A stretch of 62,443 nt of DNA, filler included, from Choristocarpus tenellus KU-1152 (GCA_964200185.2; 11 parts of 11 records of this genome joined end to end with filler, not necessarily neighbours in it); one strand, 5' to 3'. Positions 37,079 to 51,500 are shown, counted from the whole stretch's first letter. Numbers and translations are program-made. The notes: generated from the sequence alone by a model not told the origin.

Positions 37079-38760
37079 GTCGTTGGATTTGAGTTGTACA
37101 TCCTGGAAGGTGAGCATTGAGGGGCGCCTGTAACACTGATCATTAGGCCTGCGAAGCTCATGCTGAAATAAGCAGAGAAGATAATGTTCATCGGGAGGCA
37201 GGTGCTTTCGTAGAGGTAGGGGAGTATGCTGCTGATCCCTGAACTACAAGTTCGTCATGGACAGCCAAAATGGGGCAAAATGGGACGATGGAGGCTGTCC
37301 GCCATACATTGGGAGTGGAAACAAGGTATTCCACATTGTGATCAGTTGGGACGAGAAGGGGAAATCTTGAGCACCTCGGAGTTTTGGAAGGGGAGTACTC
37401 AAGTGGACTCTGATCATAAAAACGGTGCAAGCCTGTTGAACCCCAGGTTGACGAGATAGAACTCTACATCTATACATAGAACTCCTTATGAAAGATGGAT
37501 TTCATTGGGGATTTGTTGGCTTGGACAAGGATACAAAATTTGTGGTGGACCTCTCACCAACAGGTCTGGATGGTATTCTGAAACTTTCGGGCTATGTGCA
37601 GAGAGAAGGTACCCTTCCACCTTTCCTGGGTGTCCCTTACAACAACATCTTGTGTGCTTGGTCCCCGCACCCCATGTCATAATCATTCCTACACACTCAT
37701 GTCTACAGCATTCCACTCACAGGAACATGTTGTGAAACTCCTGTTAAGCAACGAGCCAAAGTATCTTAGAAGGTAGAGCTGCGTTCATTTGAGGGCCAAA
37801 ATCCAATGTTACGGTTTTGATGTAATTTTGGCTATCCTGTTTGTTAGGAAGTGTCAGTATCCATATTCCGGGCACACGTTTTCAGAACATATATACACTT
37901 TACCTACTCCTAAACATTTTGGAGTAGAAAAATGTCATAAAAAGAACCCATGGGAAACCAATCCTCAAATGAACAAACAGGGCAAAATTTGTACCCTCTA
38001 AGATGCTTTCACTCAATAATCCTATTGATTAGAGATCTCCTGTGGCTCACTCCCAAAAAACGTAGTTACTGTCGACCTGCCGTGACTAGGATGGGGTGCT
38101 GCAGATCACTCTCACCCATAGATCTGTGCCTAGATAATAGGAAGGGGCCTGTGCTGGAGGGAAAAAAGAAGGGGAACCTTGCCAGGAGGTATTCACGGTG
38201 GTCCAGCAGCTGCAGGAGGAAGGGCACAGAATGAGACCAGGATAAAATGGGCAATGGAGGGCAGTACCTTGTTGACAGGGATGGGCTATGCCAAGGTGGG
38301 TCTATCCCTGCCCGTGCAGAAGCACATGACCTTGCAACCACTGTGGTCCAGTGCACAAGGAGGAAATGCACAAGAGGGCGCTGTGCCTAGATTAAGAAAA
38401 AGGTCGGGAAGCTCTATAAGCCAGCAACCACGTGCTCCAGCAAGACCAGGAACTATTTGGCTGGAGGGGTGTATGCCTGGGTGGCAAAGATAGGCTGTGC
38501 CAGCCAGGTCTATGCCTTCCAGTGCAAAAAGACATGATCCTGTTAATCGTATATGTGCAACTGTGAGGTCTATGCGTAACTTACCTTCTAAGTCGCTAAC
38601 AGTGAATTCTAAACAAAAGAAGGCATCGTGTGCCAGAGTCATTGTAGAGGGTAAAGACTTACACAAATCACCTTCTGGGTCAACCATTTCCCTCAACACT
38701 GTTTGAGATTGCCTGGTGGTAGTTACAAATATCCAACCCATTGAGTCCAGCGACAGCTAC
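37079..38760 (-). mobile_element. Decayed LINE (endonuclease to RT) fragment interrupted by MITE A
   Basis: PNVWRTASIVPF (P..W..A.IVP motif) and SDLQHPIL; weak. Confidence 0.35.
37753..38014 (-). mobile_element. MITE family A, full length
   Basis: GAGCCAAAGTATCTTAGAAGGTAG ... TACCCTCTAAGATGCTTTCACTC. Confidence 0.9.
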
Positions 38761-41232
38761 TTACGTTTTATACTAACCTCCGTGCAATTCCAGTTTGTGC
38801 GTTCCTAAAGTGGTCTTTTCCTCGTGTGCAGCTTTCCAGAACCAATATGCTCTGGTGTTACCCTTCCCATACCAGTCTTTGTCCGTTGGTTATGTATCAT
38901 AGACGTACAGTCTGATTTCTCTCTCTAATGATAAAGTAGTGTCAATGGACTTTCCGTGACCTCTCCTTGATTATTTCACACTGCTACTGACCATATAATC
39001 TTGACCTGTTCCACACATTTTAGCAACTTCAACCAAACACATTTGTACTCTAAGTTGTAAACAAAATGCACAAATACGTTTTGATATTGGCGAGGTAAAT
39101 GTATCAATTATACGGTGTCATTAGTACATCCTCCTGAATGAACTTGTTCGACCTGTACTCACAATATCGTTGAGTGGGAGTACTGTGCTGGAGTCTTCAT
39201 CACTTTGCCAATGTTTCACGCTTCCGATATACTGGTAAGGTTGTTCATTGCTGCTTTGTGACGACGTATCTGATGTGAATATTCTGATGGCATTCCTGTC
39301 GATGGCGTTGGTGCAATGTGAGGGGGGACATCACGGCAATGCTAAGATCATTATTCCAACAATAGGAATAAAAATACACACATATTCTAGCCTTACTGAC
39401 ATAAGAAACATTAGAGTAATATCTCAACGCCATTAGTATGGTCAATTGCTCTGAAGATAGTCAAGGTGTGGTAATCTAGGCACAGTACCTCTAAGTAATA
39501 CTATAGCGCACTGAACAATATGCCAACCTTCAAGTCAAAAATTGTACGAGGCTCAAAGCCAATTTGGTTAACATACGCCGTTAACATTTTGGGGTTGATT
39601 TTTGTCAGTATTTGCTGTGTGTGGACATGAAAAATCGTAGAAGACACTTGGCTAGTTACAAAACAGTCATATCCCGATCTTGTAGAGAGTGTAATATAGA
39701 GGGAAACCCACACTTGTCAATCTTGTGTTTGTCCCATTGACACACTAAATGAAACTGTGAACAGACCTCTATGTGCATGTCCGTTCTCCTGTACGATTCT
39801 TCACTAACACAATCAACTGAGCACAGAAAAACCCACAAATCAACAGTGCTCCTCCACACTTCAGCTTCGATATATTATCTCAAACCTTAGCCAATTTTCT
39901 AGCAGTTTCATATTTCCCTGGTAACTCCAAAAGTGCCTGCTCTGGGTAGCCCAGGTATCCCTCTCAAGCCTCCTCAGCCCCAACAGTCGCTCAAATACAC
40001 CTCAATAAGAGATACTGTAAACGCACGCGCACACATATACACACATTGGTATGGTATATACCAATCTACAATGCCTGACCTGCACTCTATGATTGATTAT
40101 GACTTGTCGAACATGCAAGTTTCACGCTCAAGATAGCCTGGGCACCAAATTATAAGTCTCTGTGAATCTTATACTGTCGAGACAGATTATCCGTTGCAGT
40201 GCAAAAATACGTGTTGCACAAAACACATGCACGCATACACTGATTTGCTGTGCATGGACCTGATGCGAAAATCACGCCAAGAAAAGCATACCCGATTGGA
40301 TACAAGAAATGTATAAAAAGTAGTGCAGTGAATTGAAAAGCATCTATGTAACTCCAATCGACTGAAGAAATCCAACGTGTTTGGTTATTATCGAATGGTA
40401 CACACAGGGTACAAATTGAGGCACCGGAACTGTAGAGTTCTACAGAAACGTACACAGCCCGTATTTCCGTAAACGTGTATCGAAAATTGAATTTCCCCCC
40501 TCAATCTTGGTTTCCATTGATCACGTGTTTGTCGAATTGTAGTGATTCAATCATTTACACAATTCGTAACACAACTATAATGAAAATTCATGGCCAAGCC
40601 TCCTCAGCCTATATGCATCTTGAACAGGGACTCAATCACATATCTGGAGACTTCCTAACTTAATAGTGCTGTACATTGTCTTCCTGTATCTGATTCGCAC
40701 ACCACAACACTTCTTCCTCCAACAGAGCAAGTTGCATAGTACAAGCCGGTCCTTTTTCCAAATATTTTGAGCATTTGGCATTGGCACCCTTCCTCTTTCT
40801 CCTCCACGGTTCCCACACCTAGCTGCAGATACACCCTGTGTGCTAGGAAATAGGATTGAGAGCAAAAATCTCATTATCACAGGAATTAGGGTCATGGTTG
40901 TCACTGGACGTGTTCTTGCTTCTGCCATTCTTGTATGATAGCAACGATGATGTAATGCGATCAATGGACTACCATTGTGGTAGCTTCTCCCCCTCCGACT
41001 CATCTCAAGCAAGATAGGCATCTGTCTCAATATTCCCCAATATTGTGGTAAATACCCCTTTCCAAGAATACTTGGTTTGTCAGGCCTCCTCAATAGCACG
41101 CGAGGACTTCCTGTAAATGATTGTGGACGCTGATTGAACCGGCATCGTGAAGTAATTCAACATCCTCCCTATCCCCATGCCCACTTGTAGCTATGAAGAA
41201 TACTGAAAGCACAAACCTGAAGAGATTCAGAG

Positions 41233-41486
41233 AAATTAAGAGTGTAGGAGTTTTACCCTGTTTGTCCGTTCGGGGCTTGACTTTCCACGGGTATTTTATG
41301 CCCTTCTTCGGTTTTCTGTGTGAACACAGTTACCTAAAATGTATACTACTAGTACAACTATGAAAGGTGTGTCTAGAGCAAGAACATTGACAGTTGGTAA
41401 CCGATAGCCAAAATTCATCAAGAATCGCAACGTTGGATTTATGACCCCGAACAGACACGGCTCTACCCTCTTATATGCTTTGAGTC
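41233..41486 (+). mobile_element. MITE family A, diverged copy
   Basis: GAGTTTTACCCTGTTTGTCCGTTCGGGGCTTG ... GGCTCTACCCTCTTATATGCTTTGAGTC. Confidence 0.75.
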
Positions 41487-41821
41487 AGAGGTTGCAAAAT
41501 ATCCATTGCTTGAGGTCAGTTATCATGTGCATGCCGTTCCCTTTTTTACGACAAACCAACCAACCCGACTGTGTTCCGTCCACACTCTCAACTAGCACCG
41601 TGACCAACAGAGCACTCAACATACGCTTGATGTCGCTGTCACATACTCAACATCTATCTTGTCGCATACAAGTTCTTATCGCTTCGACAATGACCTCGAT
41701 CTCGTTCTCTGGGGAATGCAAGTTGTGAAGCAGTCGATGGGCTCCAGATTTGACCTTTATGGATGTTGCTCCAACGACAGCTGTGACTGCATCAAGGTTT
41801 GCAGACCACTTACTGGCAGTT

Positions 41822-41965
41822 TTTGAGCCATGTGCACCACCCTGACATGCTTGTACCTTCAGGGTGGCTTTTTTCGTCTCACTGTGGACAAGTGTTTGAG
41901 CCATGTGCACCATCCTGACATGCTTGTACCTTCAGGGTGTTTTTTTTCGTCTCACTGTGGACAAG
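41822..41965. repeat. Tandem duplication, 73-bp unit x2
   Basis: TTTGAGCCATGTGCACCA.CCTGACATGCTTGTACCTTCAGGGTG...CGTCTCACTGTGGACAAG at 41822 and 41895. Confidence 0.9.
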
Positions 41966-42275
41966 ACTAGAGTGAGGACCATCTATAATTTCCCAAATGT
42001 CTGTCGACTCAACTCCCAAGCAGTTTCTCAGCAGTCATCCTACTCATTGGTGCCATCCTCATTTATCTCCTCTTCATCGGAATCTTCACCTCCCTCATCC
42101 TCCGAAGTTCCCTGTCACTTGTAATCCCTACCCTCACGAACTTCCCCCATTCGGCTGAATGCTCAGAATCCTCGATTGTCATTGTGCACAATTTACCTTG
42201 GGAGGTAATGCTATTTGTTAGTAGTAAAGATAAGAAGGTGTGAAGCCTCACACGACCCCCTTTGCTGAACGTGAT

Positions 42276-42598
42276 TGCATGGTTGAAATTACAAGAGCGA
42301 GCACATCCCTCGAGGTCGGGGGGGTTCTCTGCCTTGTTATCTATTGCCCTCGGTGCTCTCTCTTGTTATCTATCACGTACGTCAGCAGACACGTCAAAAT
42401 ATGTCTGTGTGAGTCGCACTATGTCAGCCACTTATATTAATTAGAAATAAGAAATCAATCCATTGAGACTCGAATCTGTTACTCTAAGCACACGGAAACA
42501 AGCCAATCACACCTACTCCACTCAGTCAACATTTCTGTGGTCTAGTACTGGTCACTAAGCAGATACGACACTATAAACTACCTAGCCTATATTGCACA
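42276..42598 (-). mobile_element. Solo LTR related to the Copia LTR at 45869-46215
   Basis: Reverse complement aligns along the LTR (AATATAGGCT, ATGTTGACTGAGTGGAGTA, TCTGCTGACGT, CGAGGGATG); TG..CA ends; near-TSD GTGAT/GTTAT. Confidence 0.75.
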
Positions 42599-42959
42599 GT
42601 TATGACCGTCATCAGTTTTGGTGCTACCTCCTTCTCAATGGTTGCACAATTCACATTGAAGGCTACTACCCACTTCGGGTGCTTGTTCTCTACTTTATGG
42701 TCTGAGGGATAACTCACCACACCAGCTCTGTGACGTTGAAGGAGTGGTAATCTCACTCGCATTAAATTTGACGACCTACTTTCACTGACAGCTAACCCAA
42801 TGTATAGTAACGTTAGGCATCACCACCTTAATCCCTTCAGGCCGTTCCATAGTGTATGTATTTCATGTAACATATTTTGTACTCATACTCAAATAGATAA
42901 TAAAGTGCAGGTTACTAACTGAACCGTATGGATTTGCACCAGCCTTTATTGGTTTTAAT

Positions 42960-43057
42960 GGCTCAAAGTATCTGGGAGGGGGTAGTGACTGTCTAATTGT
43001 GGTCAATTTTTTCATGTCACGATTTTAGGGTGATTTGGTTGCATACATCGGATGGAT
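42960..43057 (-). mobile_element. MITE family B, half copy running into gap
   Basis: GGCTCAAAGTATCTGGGAGGGGG...TTTTCATGTCACGATTTT...GTTGCATACATCGGATGGAT. Confidence 0.85.
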
Positions 43058-43157
43058 NNNNNNNNNNNNNNNNNNNNNNNNNNNNNNNNNNNNNNNNNNN
43101 NTTAATTAATTAANNNNNNNNNNNNNNNNNNNNNNNNNNNNNNNNNNNNNNNNNNNN

Positions 43158-46100
43158 CCTTCAACCCGGACGTGACGGACATGAAGTACTTTCAGGTGTT
43201 CGTGGACGAGGCCAGCTGGGAGAAGCACGTGATGGGTCTGTGTACCAAGGACGCCGCTAACGCGGCCACTGTCGCCTACATCGATGAGATGGCTCGGAAA
43301 GGGGTGGTGGTGACGTGCATCAGTGGGGATATCGCTGGCGAGTTCGGGAGAAGCGCTAGGTTCTCGCGCATGCTGACAGAGCGGGGCGTGAAATGTCGCA
43401 AGACTCCCCCACGCACGCCCCAGAGCAACGGGATTGCTGAGCGAGCAATTAAAAAGGTGATGTAAACGGTGCAGAGCCAGGTGATCCAGGCTGGACTTGG
43501 GGAGGAGTTATGGTTCTTTGTGGTGGCAGACGCCACATACAATACCACAGGCATGCCACATGAGTACCTGGGTAGCGAGACACCATGTGAGCACCTGACC
43601 AGCAAGCCATTCAACTAGAAACGGCTCCATGTGTTCGGGACTGAGTGCTTCGTGCATCAGACCAAGCAACAGCGCGGCGCCAACGCCAATTTCCACACCT
43701 ATGCGAAGCAGGGGATCTCGTCAGGCACAACAGGGCGTCACTGTGCTGACACGTGTGGATCCTGCAGTAAGGTAAGCTGGTGAGCTCCGCAAAAGTGAAG
43801 TTCCGACCTGAAGCCAAACTGCTGGAACTGGTAGGGAAGCCAGAGCTGGACATACTGGAGGAGTCGGAGCACGATGACGCCATGAACGTCGATGGCGAAG
43901 GCGAAGAGAGGCGTCCACAACAGGGAGTGAGGCACACACGACTGGGAATGCAGGTGGCAACATTGGTTGTGGGGCTCAAGATGCAAAGCGCTCGGCATAC
44001 AATCAAAGTAAACAGATTTCTCCCAGGATGAGACAACGCCAGCGCATGGATAGGACAACGCATATAGCGGCCAAGCGCCTGGCCCCGCACTCTGGATAGC
44101 GGGTATCTTCCCAGCTGGAGCAGCGCCAGCGGGTGGACTACACTTCCCAGCTGTACGACCTGGAAGGGGGTGAGGAAACGGACTTGAATCACTTGGTGTC
44201 AACCCTCATATAGCAGAACAACAACAACGTATACTGACTGCCTTATGGGTCTCATGGGAGAGGTGGCGACAGATGCAGACGAGTGGTCTACAATAAAGGA
44301 GGCCTTAAGTGAGTCGGATGCAGAGCAGTGGCAGGAGGCCATGGAGAAGGAATGACAGGGCTATGATAGAAGGGGACGTTAGGTGAAGAGGCCCTGCCCC
44401 AAGTGAGGAAGGCGATCAAGACGTGATTTGTCTTCAAAATCAATCGCTCTGTTGACGGGACGGTGCAACGCTGAAAGACGCAACTCATGGTCTGCGGTTT
44501 CACCCAAAACGCAGATGTGGACTTACTTGTTCGAAACCTTCAGCCTGGTGGTGGGGTACGACACACTACGGTGCATCATTATCGTCGCAGCGTACAGAGG
44601 TTGAAGCATCGACGCCCTGGACTTCGCACAGGCCTTTCTCAACACAGACCTGCAGGAGGACCCTGGCTGGAGCTTCCTGGCGGTCGCGCCGTCAAGGCAG
44701 AATATGCAATCTATGGGCTGACGAGTCAGCAATTGAATGGTTCATGAGCTATGCAGCATCATTCAGCATAAGGGTGGATGAGCAGCCAACATGACGAGTG
44801 CCCCTACTTCAGGAAGAGTGAAGACAGACGCATCGCCATCCTCACCACCTATGTGGACGACACTGCCACCACTGGGGACTTCACGGAAGAGATCCAGTGG
44901 ATGAGGGCATCACTGTTGGAGAAGTACCAGGGGCGGGCTCTAGGCACGCCGGACAAGCTGATTGGGGTGGGCATCACTGTGGGTGCAGACGGCATAACCC
45001 TGGACCAACAACTATACGCAGAAAGCATTGTCATGATCGGAATGGACTCCACGGAAGTGCGAGAAACATCCACACCACTCGACCTCAGCATGGACCTCTC
45101 TGCCAGGCACGACAATGAGGAGGAACTGAATCCCACCACCTACCCCTATGCTAGCTAGCATCCTTGGCCAACTCATGTTTCTAGCAGGCATGACTCACCC
45201 GGACCTGGCCAACAGCATTCGTAAACTGGGGGGCAGGGCGGCGTCTCCATGCATGCGGCACTGGCGCGGACTGCAAAACGTTCTGCGCTATGTAGCAGGG
45301 ACACTGAATGTCTGCATTCACAATGGTCGGGGGAGTAAGGATATAAACGGAGGGGATGGAGAGCTCTTGATGGGGTGTGGGGATTCTGTCTGGGGCATCG
45401 ACTACCAAACACACAGGAGTGCCACAGGTTACCTAGTATTGTTCAACGGATCGCCGATCGCCTGGCACTCCAAGCTTCAAGGCGCCGTCACCCTCTCCAG
45501 CTTGGACGCAGAGTGGACGGCAATAGCGTATGGCATGCGCCACTGCCTTTTCCTTCGAGGCATTCTTGGGGAGATCGGCATACTGCAGGAACAGACTCCC
45601 TGGTTCTGTGACAACCGTGGTACTATCCAGGCGGGCAGCATCACAGGTTTCAATGGGAGAACCAAGCACGTGGACATGAAGCTGAAATGCACCAGAGAAT
45701 ACGTGGACCAGGGTCTGTTCCACGTAGAATACGTTCCAACATCAAAATAACTGGCTGACATTTTGGTAAGTCTTTGCACAAAAGCCTTACTTCTGATTTT
45801 GTGCATTCTGTGCTTTTGCGTCGGGAGTGAGCTTTTGTCTGCAACTTTGCTGCACGCTCATGGGGGAATGTGTAATATAGGCTGGTTGGTAGTCTATAGG
45901 ATTCTTAACTGTTTGGTACCCAGTATTATGTAACGAAAATGTTGACTGAGTGGAGTAAGTGTCAACGATTTGTTTGTGCATGTTAAGAGTATTAGGTTCT
46001 ATTCCCGATGGGTTGGATTTTTTTATTTCTGCTTAATATAAGTAGGCTGACCCAGGACGACTGTCGCAGGACGACTGGCGCAGAACGAGTAACGTAGTGC

Positions 46101-46215
46101 GACTGACAAAAAGACATGTTCTGACTTGTCTGCTGACGTGTCCAATAGATAACGAGGCAGAGCACCCCCCCCACATCGAGGGATGGTGCTCACCGCTAAT
46201 AATTCATTGATATCA
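43158..46215 (+). mobile_element. Ty1/Copia LTR retrotransposon, 3' half (integrase, RT, RNase H pseudogene, PPT, 3' LTR)
   Basis: FQVFVDEAS, TPPRTPQSNGIAERAIK, LTTYVDD, WHSKLQGAVTLSSLDAEW, CDNRG, RTKHVDMK; PPT GGGGGAA at 45862-45868; in-frame stops and frameshifts. Confidence 0.95.
45869..46215 (+). repeat. 3' LTR of the Copia element
   Basis: Starts TGTG immediately after the PPT, ends CA; homologous to 42276-42598; right boundary approximate. Confidence 0.75.
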
Positions 46216-47101
46216 CATAAAGCAAAAACTCTATTTAAACAGCTCTTTTGCACAAGATCCACCACATTACCAATAATTTGGTTGTCCACCAGTGTGCCAG
46301 CTCTCACCCCAGCCGATCCCGTCCCTCTTTGGATGGAGCGCAGTCAATATCTTTTAAGGACTAATTTTTCCAGTTTAATCCACCCTTCTATCGACTCCTC
46401 ATCATCTATCTGGGACAAGATGTCCAGATACTCCTCGCCGAGTGAATTTTGTAGCCAACCCACTCGATATTCCTCTGTCACGGAACCTCCCAAGCTCTTC
46501 AGCTCCATTATAAGAGCCTTCTGCCGGTTGATGATGTCCCCAAGATCTCCCCCAGGTTACAGTACCATGTCCATCAATTGCCGTTTCACGAGATTTCTCT
46601 CCCTTTGTCCATAATGAGCATAGTTCTTGACCAGTGCGGCAAACGCCTCACTCAGAGATTCATACGTCAGCACAAGGTCCAAAGCATGTCCTACCGTCGC
46701 CTCCTGCGGTCCATTAATTGCATACATCGTCGCATGGTCCAGATACAGGTCCACAACTGCTGGGGAATACTCCACCAACAGTACCCTGAGATGTTCCTTA
46801 GTCACTAGTGGCTCTCTCCATCCCGATGAGAGAGCATGTGTATGAAACGTTTGCTCCACTTCCTCCACGTCCCTGGTTCCCTCTTAAACGCAGGTTGTTT
46901 TGAGGAATATTGCTTCGGTTTTGGGGCAAATACGGGTCTAGCCCCCATGGCCACCATATCTCTAGCCACAGCCCTAACCTCGCCCCCTTGCGAAGCTGAT
47001 GTCCCATCATAACTCTCACCCCCCCCTTGGGTCATTGTTGGTTCTTCCATTGCGTCATTAATGAAGTTTAGACTTGAGTCGAATCTTGATCTGGGCATCA
47101 T
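46216..47101 (-). mobile_element. Copia-type gag pseudogene of a second, oppositely oriented element
   Basis: PAFKREPGTWRKWSKRF; LVKRQLMDMVL*PGGDLGDIINRQKALIMELKSLGGSVTEEYRVGWLQNSLGEEY (UBN2/gag-like). Confidence 0.65.
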
Positions 47102-48399
47102 AGTTTATCTTGACTCCTTCCCAGTGATAGCTAAAATCCAAGTATAATAACTACGCAAGCACCCTTATAAGAGTGCTATAGCATGTTAAGCTGTCCTTGA
47201 CGATCTGTTCTCCCTCCCACACAACCAGTTAATATTGTTTATTAGCTTGTATCACAGTTGAGAAGATAGTGAGATATCATCACTAGGTGGGGCTACCCAA
47301 TCCTTACATTGAATGACTCAGAATACCAAATGACTCANNNNNNNNNNNNNNNNNNNNNNNNNNNNNNNNNNNNNNNNNNNNTTAATTAATTAANNNNNNN
47401 NNNNNNNNNNNNNNNNNNNNNNNNNNNNNNNNNNNNNATTCTACACCACTCCACAATCATCCAGGAACACCCCTTCATGATTCAATTCATACCATGCCTT
47501 TGAGCTAGAAGACATCTACCTCGCCTGAACTTGACCTCCCCCCCCTTTCCCAGTGTTCCAGTCCGTTGTGAGCAAGCAACAGAGTGGGTGCGCGGGAGAG
47601 CTTGCTCGGAGGTTGTCTTGTTCTCACCCTCCTCGTCCTGTACCCCTGGTTTTCAGCCCTCTTATCAGATACTGATCATTTCTTCCCCATCTCTCTTCCT
47701 CCCACTTATTTCTTTTAACCTTTCTCCCCCCTCTCTTAGCCAGTTATTCCTTAACTGTTCGTTCCCTTCTTGCTTACTTCTTTTTATTTTCTCTACCCTC
47801 CCTTGTCCTGTACCCCCGGCCAACCAGAATTCTTCCGTTCACAAAAGTCAGATTACTTCATTCGTAAATCTTGGACAATGATATAAAATAATATACGGAA
47901 ATATTTTGTAAGATACCGCGCGAATTGATCATCTTGCTCGCGCCACCTATAGTTGACCATAGTTAACTTCATGTAATAGAGTTGTCAAACCAACAAACCT
48001 GATTGTTGTGTTTTCATTTTTTCTTTTGACTGGTCCCAACCAATCACTTTATGATTGAACAAATCTCAACCATTATGGAGGATGCCTCCACCCCTCTTTC
48101 GCTCACTTTCTGAACCTCGTCTCGGGTGATTCTCATCACCCCCCACCACGTAAGACTTAGCCATACAACAGTGATATTCACACTGATCTGTGTCGGGGGG
48201 GCACCAGCGATGTAGTAGTGTCACAACCCTGGTCAGAAAGACGAGAAGATTTGGAGAAACAAGGCATCATCAGGTAAGTGCAGCTTGAGAGGGAGGATAA
48301 TTCAATGCCCTATCTCTTACGCATCCTGAGCCTCGAATAAATTGTAAGGAACCCTTGGCGGTTCGCTCGAACGCTATGTCGGTGTCGCAATGGCTGAGG

Positions 48400-51300
48400 G
48401 TCACCCTTCCGCGCAACCTAGACCAGACCCGCTATTAGGTGTTGCCGAACATGATACAAGGAGGACTTTTGATAGCAACATTCCCATTATCACCAAAGTC
48501 TAGCACAGTTTGGGAGTGGGTGAGCGTGGAGGTCAGCCTCACATCGGCAACCCTTCAAAGGATGAACCAGCAACGGACGAGATGAGTATATTGACCCACC
48601 CTACCCCAACAACATTCCCTAGGGGTATCTAACAACACGAGGCACCTTTCTCATAAGGAGTTCCACCCTTGAGCTCTGGAGCGCAGGATTTTTCCTATTT
48701 CCTTCTTAGCAAATTTCAATAGTAGTAAAACCTTTCGCTCGCATGCATATTCCGTATCAACTGCGAACAGTAGACGATTGGTTGACTTTTTTTGACTATC
48801 GCAGAACACGCCACCCTGCCAGATCTGTACTATTCCCCCCATGAACCGCTGCAGGATAACACCGAATAGCAGGGGAGAGTGATGAATGAGATATTTTCGG
48901 GGATGCCATGCTGACTTTGTTTCGTCAGAGTTTGTAAGGACGAGGATACGTGGTACGGCATCATACCTAAACAATTGCTGTGTAGGTCGGGAAACACCGA
49001 AGAAACCATAAATCCTAGGGCACAACTTAACGATAATATAAAGCTAGCCAACCGTCACTTGCCACGAGCGGGGCATATAACCACTGTTGCATCTGCTATC
49101 TCTTGGTTCTCAAGAATCCTTCGGGAGGCGAGAGAAAATTTACCTCAGTCCAGATTGTGTTGTTCCACTCTATCATGTCGCTGACGCACGATTTTCGAAA
49201 ATTATTTAACCTCCTGTTGCACACTGCCTGTTTCACTCGCCTTGCTATGGTAGAAATTTCTGAGTATGTGAATGATAATCCTCTTTCGACCAGAACTGTT
49301 GATAACTGCCACTGCTATTCCAGGGATTCAAGTCAATTTTAGCACACCTCACGTTCCATAAGGTGCACATTCATGCGATTCTAGAGGGGCTCTTAGTTTA
49401 ATGGGACTGGGTAATAGACCTTGATTTGTTCATGACTTCATTCAAGTTTTCTATAGCTTGGAGATTTGTCAATACCTGTGCAAGCAGTAGTTGTACCCCA
49501 CTTGGGGGTTGGATAAATTTTCCTGGAAAAAACAGCATCATGTCAACTGTTGGGACAGGGCTAGAAGGGGATAAAGAAGATTTGTCAGTTTAAGACAGTG
49601 ACATATGTAGTCCAGGAACCCACAAAATTTTCCCAATTCCCATCTGTTACTCCCCAACATTCGATTGTATGACTGAAATTCCATCAGAGCCAATGGTCTC
49701 CATGTCTCAATTTCATTGGTCACAACTGAGTTAACACACCTCTATGTACAATAACAAAGATATACCTTGATGTACCACGGAAACCGTTGACCCAGTTCGT
49801 TCCCAGGCCCTTTGATGAATAGCCAGAGATGCTGCTGTGGAACTAATCATCATGACTGGCATAGACTTGCAACAGGAGGAAGATGTTCATCCCCACTGGC
49901 AACATAATATGGTCAGTCACACCCTCACAGTTCGAGAAGAGGATGAAAGTCGTTTAGTCAAAATTGTCAACTTATCAAATGGGTGAAGCTACCTGCAAAT
50001 TCTGTAGTAAGTCATGCCTCCCCCATATTGCATGCGCATACCCTCTTAGATACTGCCACCAGGGGGGTTGCAGCCACACCCTCAAATCCTGAAGACTTGA
50101 AAATGCTAGGGATAGTGAAGGTTTGTTTAAAGAAAGCATTTGAAAAACACACACACACATCTGACTTTAACTAAAAGCTGGAAGAATGACTAACAACTTT
50201 TAGACCTGCCTTTTCATTATCCGAATTTGAATTAGGCTCTGTACCACGATTTCTGTTGAGTTTACTCTTGAAGCAGGTACTAAGCAAGTTGGTAGAACTC
50301 TGAGTATTACACATCACCAAGAAAATGTGACACAAACCACCAGGCCAAAAGGATATGGAAGAATGAGGTATTGTAAAACCTTCTTCAAGCCCATGGGCAT
50401 TCCATGTTACCATTCTGCGAAACCAATGGATTCCCCCATTCTCTGTGGAATTTAGAACATCGATAAATATTTGACATGAAACCCATGACCCTTACCATCC
50501 ACGAGAGAGTGTTTGTCCCCATTGTTAGGTTCAAAGCATTGATCCTGTCTAGATATTCAGCCTATTGGCAATTACCGATGTCTGAGGAATGCGAATGATA
50601 ACAGACTTTCTTTTAATGTCAGATGGGGAGTATGAGTTCGGAGGTTACTGCACAAAATGTACTGTGGATATTCTAAGACTTTATATCTGAAACAGTTTCT
50701 AAAGGTGGTCCTAGCTGAGGCATATTGGTATATTTAGATATTTTGTCACAACCCTCCTCTCCTTGGGACCGGTCTTTTTAACAAAGTCCTCTGTAATAGT
50801 CAGTTGCAAGCCTGATAAGTTGCTGTAGGAGTCCAGAGATAAAGAAGATAAAGGTATCTTACATATAGATACATCTATTACTTCCAAGGCGTTGGAAGTG
50901 CAACACTGATCATTATTGATGACAATACCATAGCATAGGGTGGTATCTTTTAGACATTTTGGACGACTCAGGTTTGTGGGGTAGACAAGTTAACCTCAAC
51001 TCGAGAGAAATTTACACAGGTTGGTCCTACCTGTCAAAAAGTACGCATAGTGTTCATCAAACATTTCATATTTTCCAAGTATTTCCACCTGTGCATACAA
51101 ACAATATTTTACGAGTCAAGTTTTCCTCTGGTGTTCTGGCACCTTGGTTGACAATATGCTGGACCAGGTGACAGAAAGATATTAGTTTTCAAGATCACTC
51201 TTGACACTGGCCCTGCAATAATCCCAATGGATTGCTTGAAGATACCGAAGCTGTGGTGATAATGAGTGTTATCCACTGGGATTCCCAGGTGAGCGTAAGA

Positions 51301-51500
51301 GAGGCCAGGAATGTTCACCTGTTGTCACAGATATTTGTACACTGAACTGGAGTGTGACCACTAGGGTTGATTTTCGGTTTCTTGGAGTTGTTTCAAGAAA
51401 CAGGAGTTTTCCTCCCAAGGGCCTGTCAGCCATGAATTGCTGGTCAGCCACATTTGTGTTCATGTTAGATAGAACCTAAATTGGGGAGGGGGGTAATGTG
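48400..51500 (-). mobile_element. Decayed LINE (possible ORF1, APE, RT)
   Basis: RMVTWNAHGL (APE motif I, ~50385-50416); RT-like SPLLFGVIL and LLFAVDT within 48651-49025. Confidence 0.55.
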
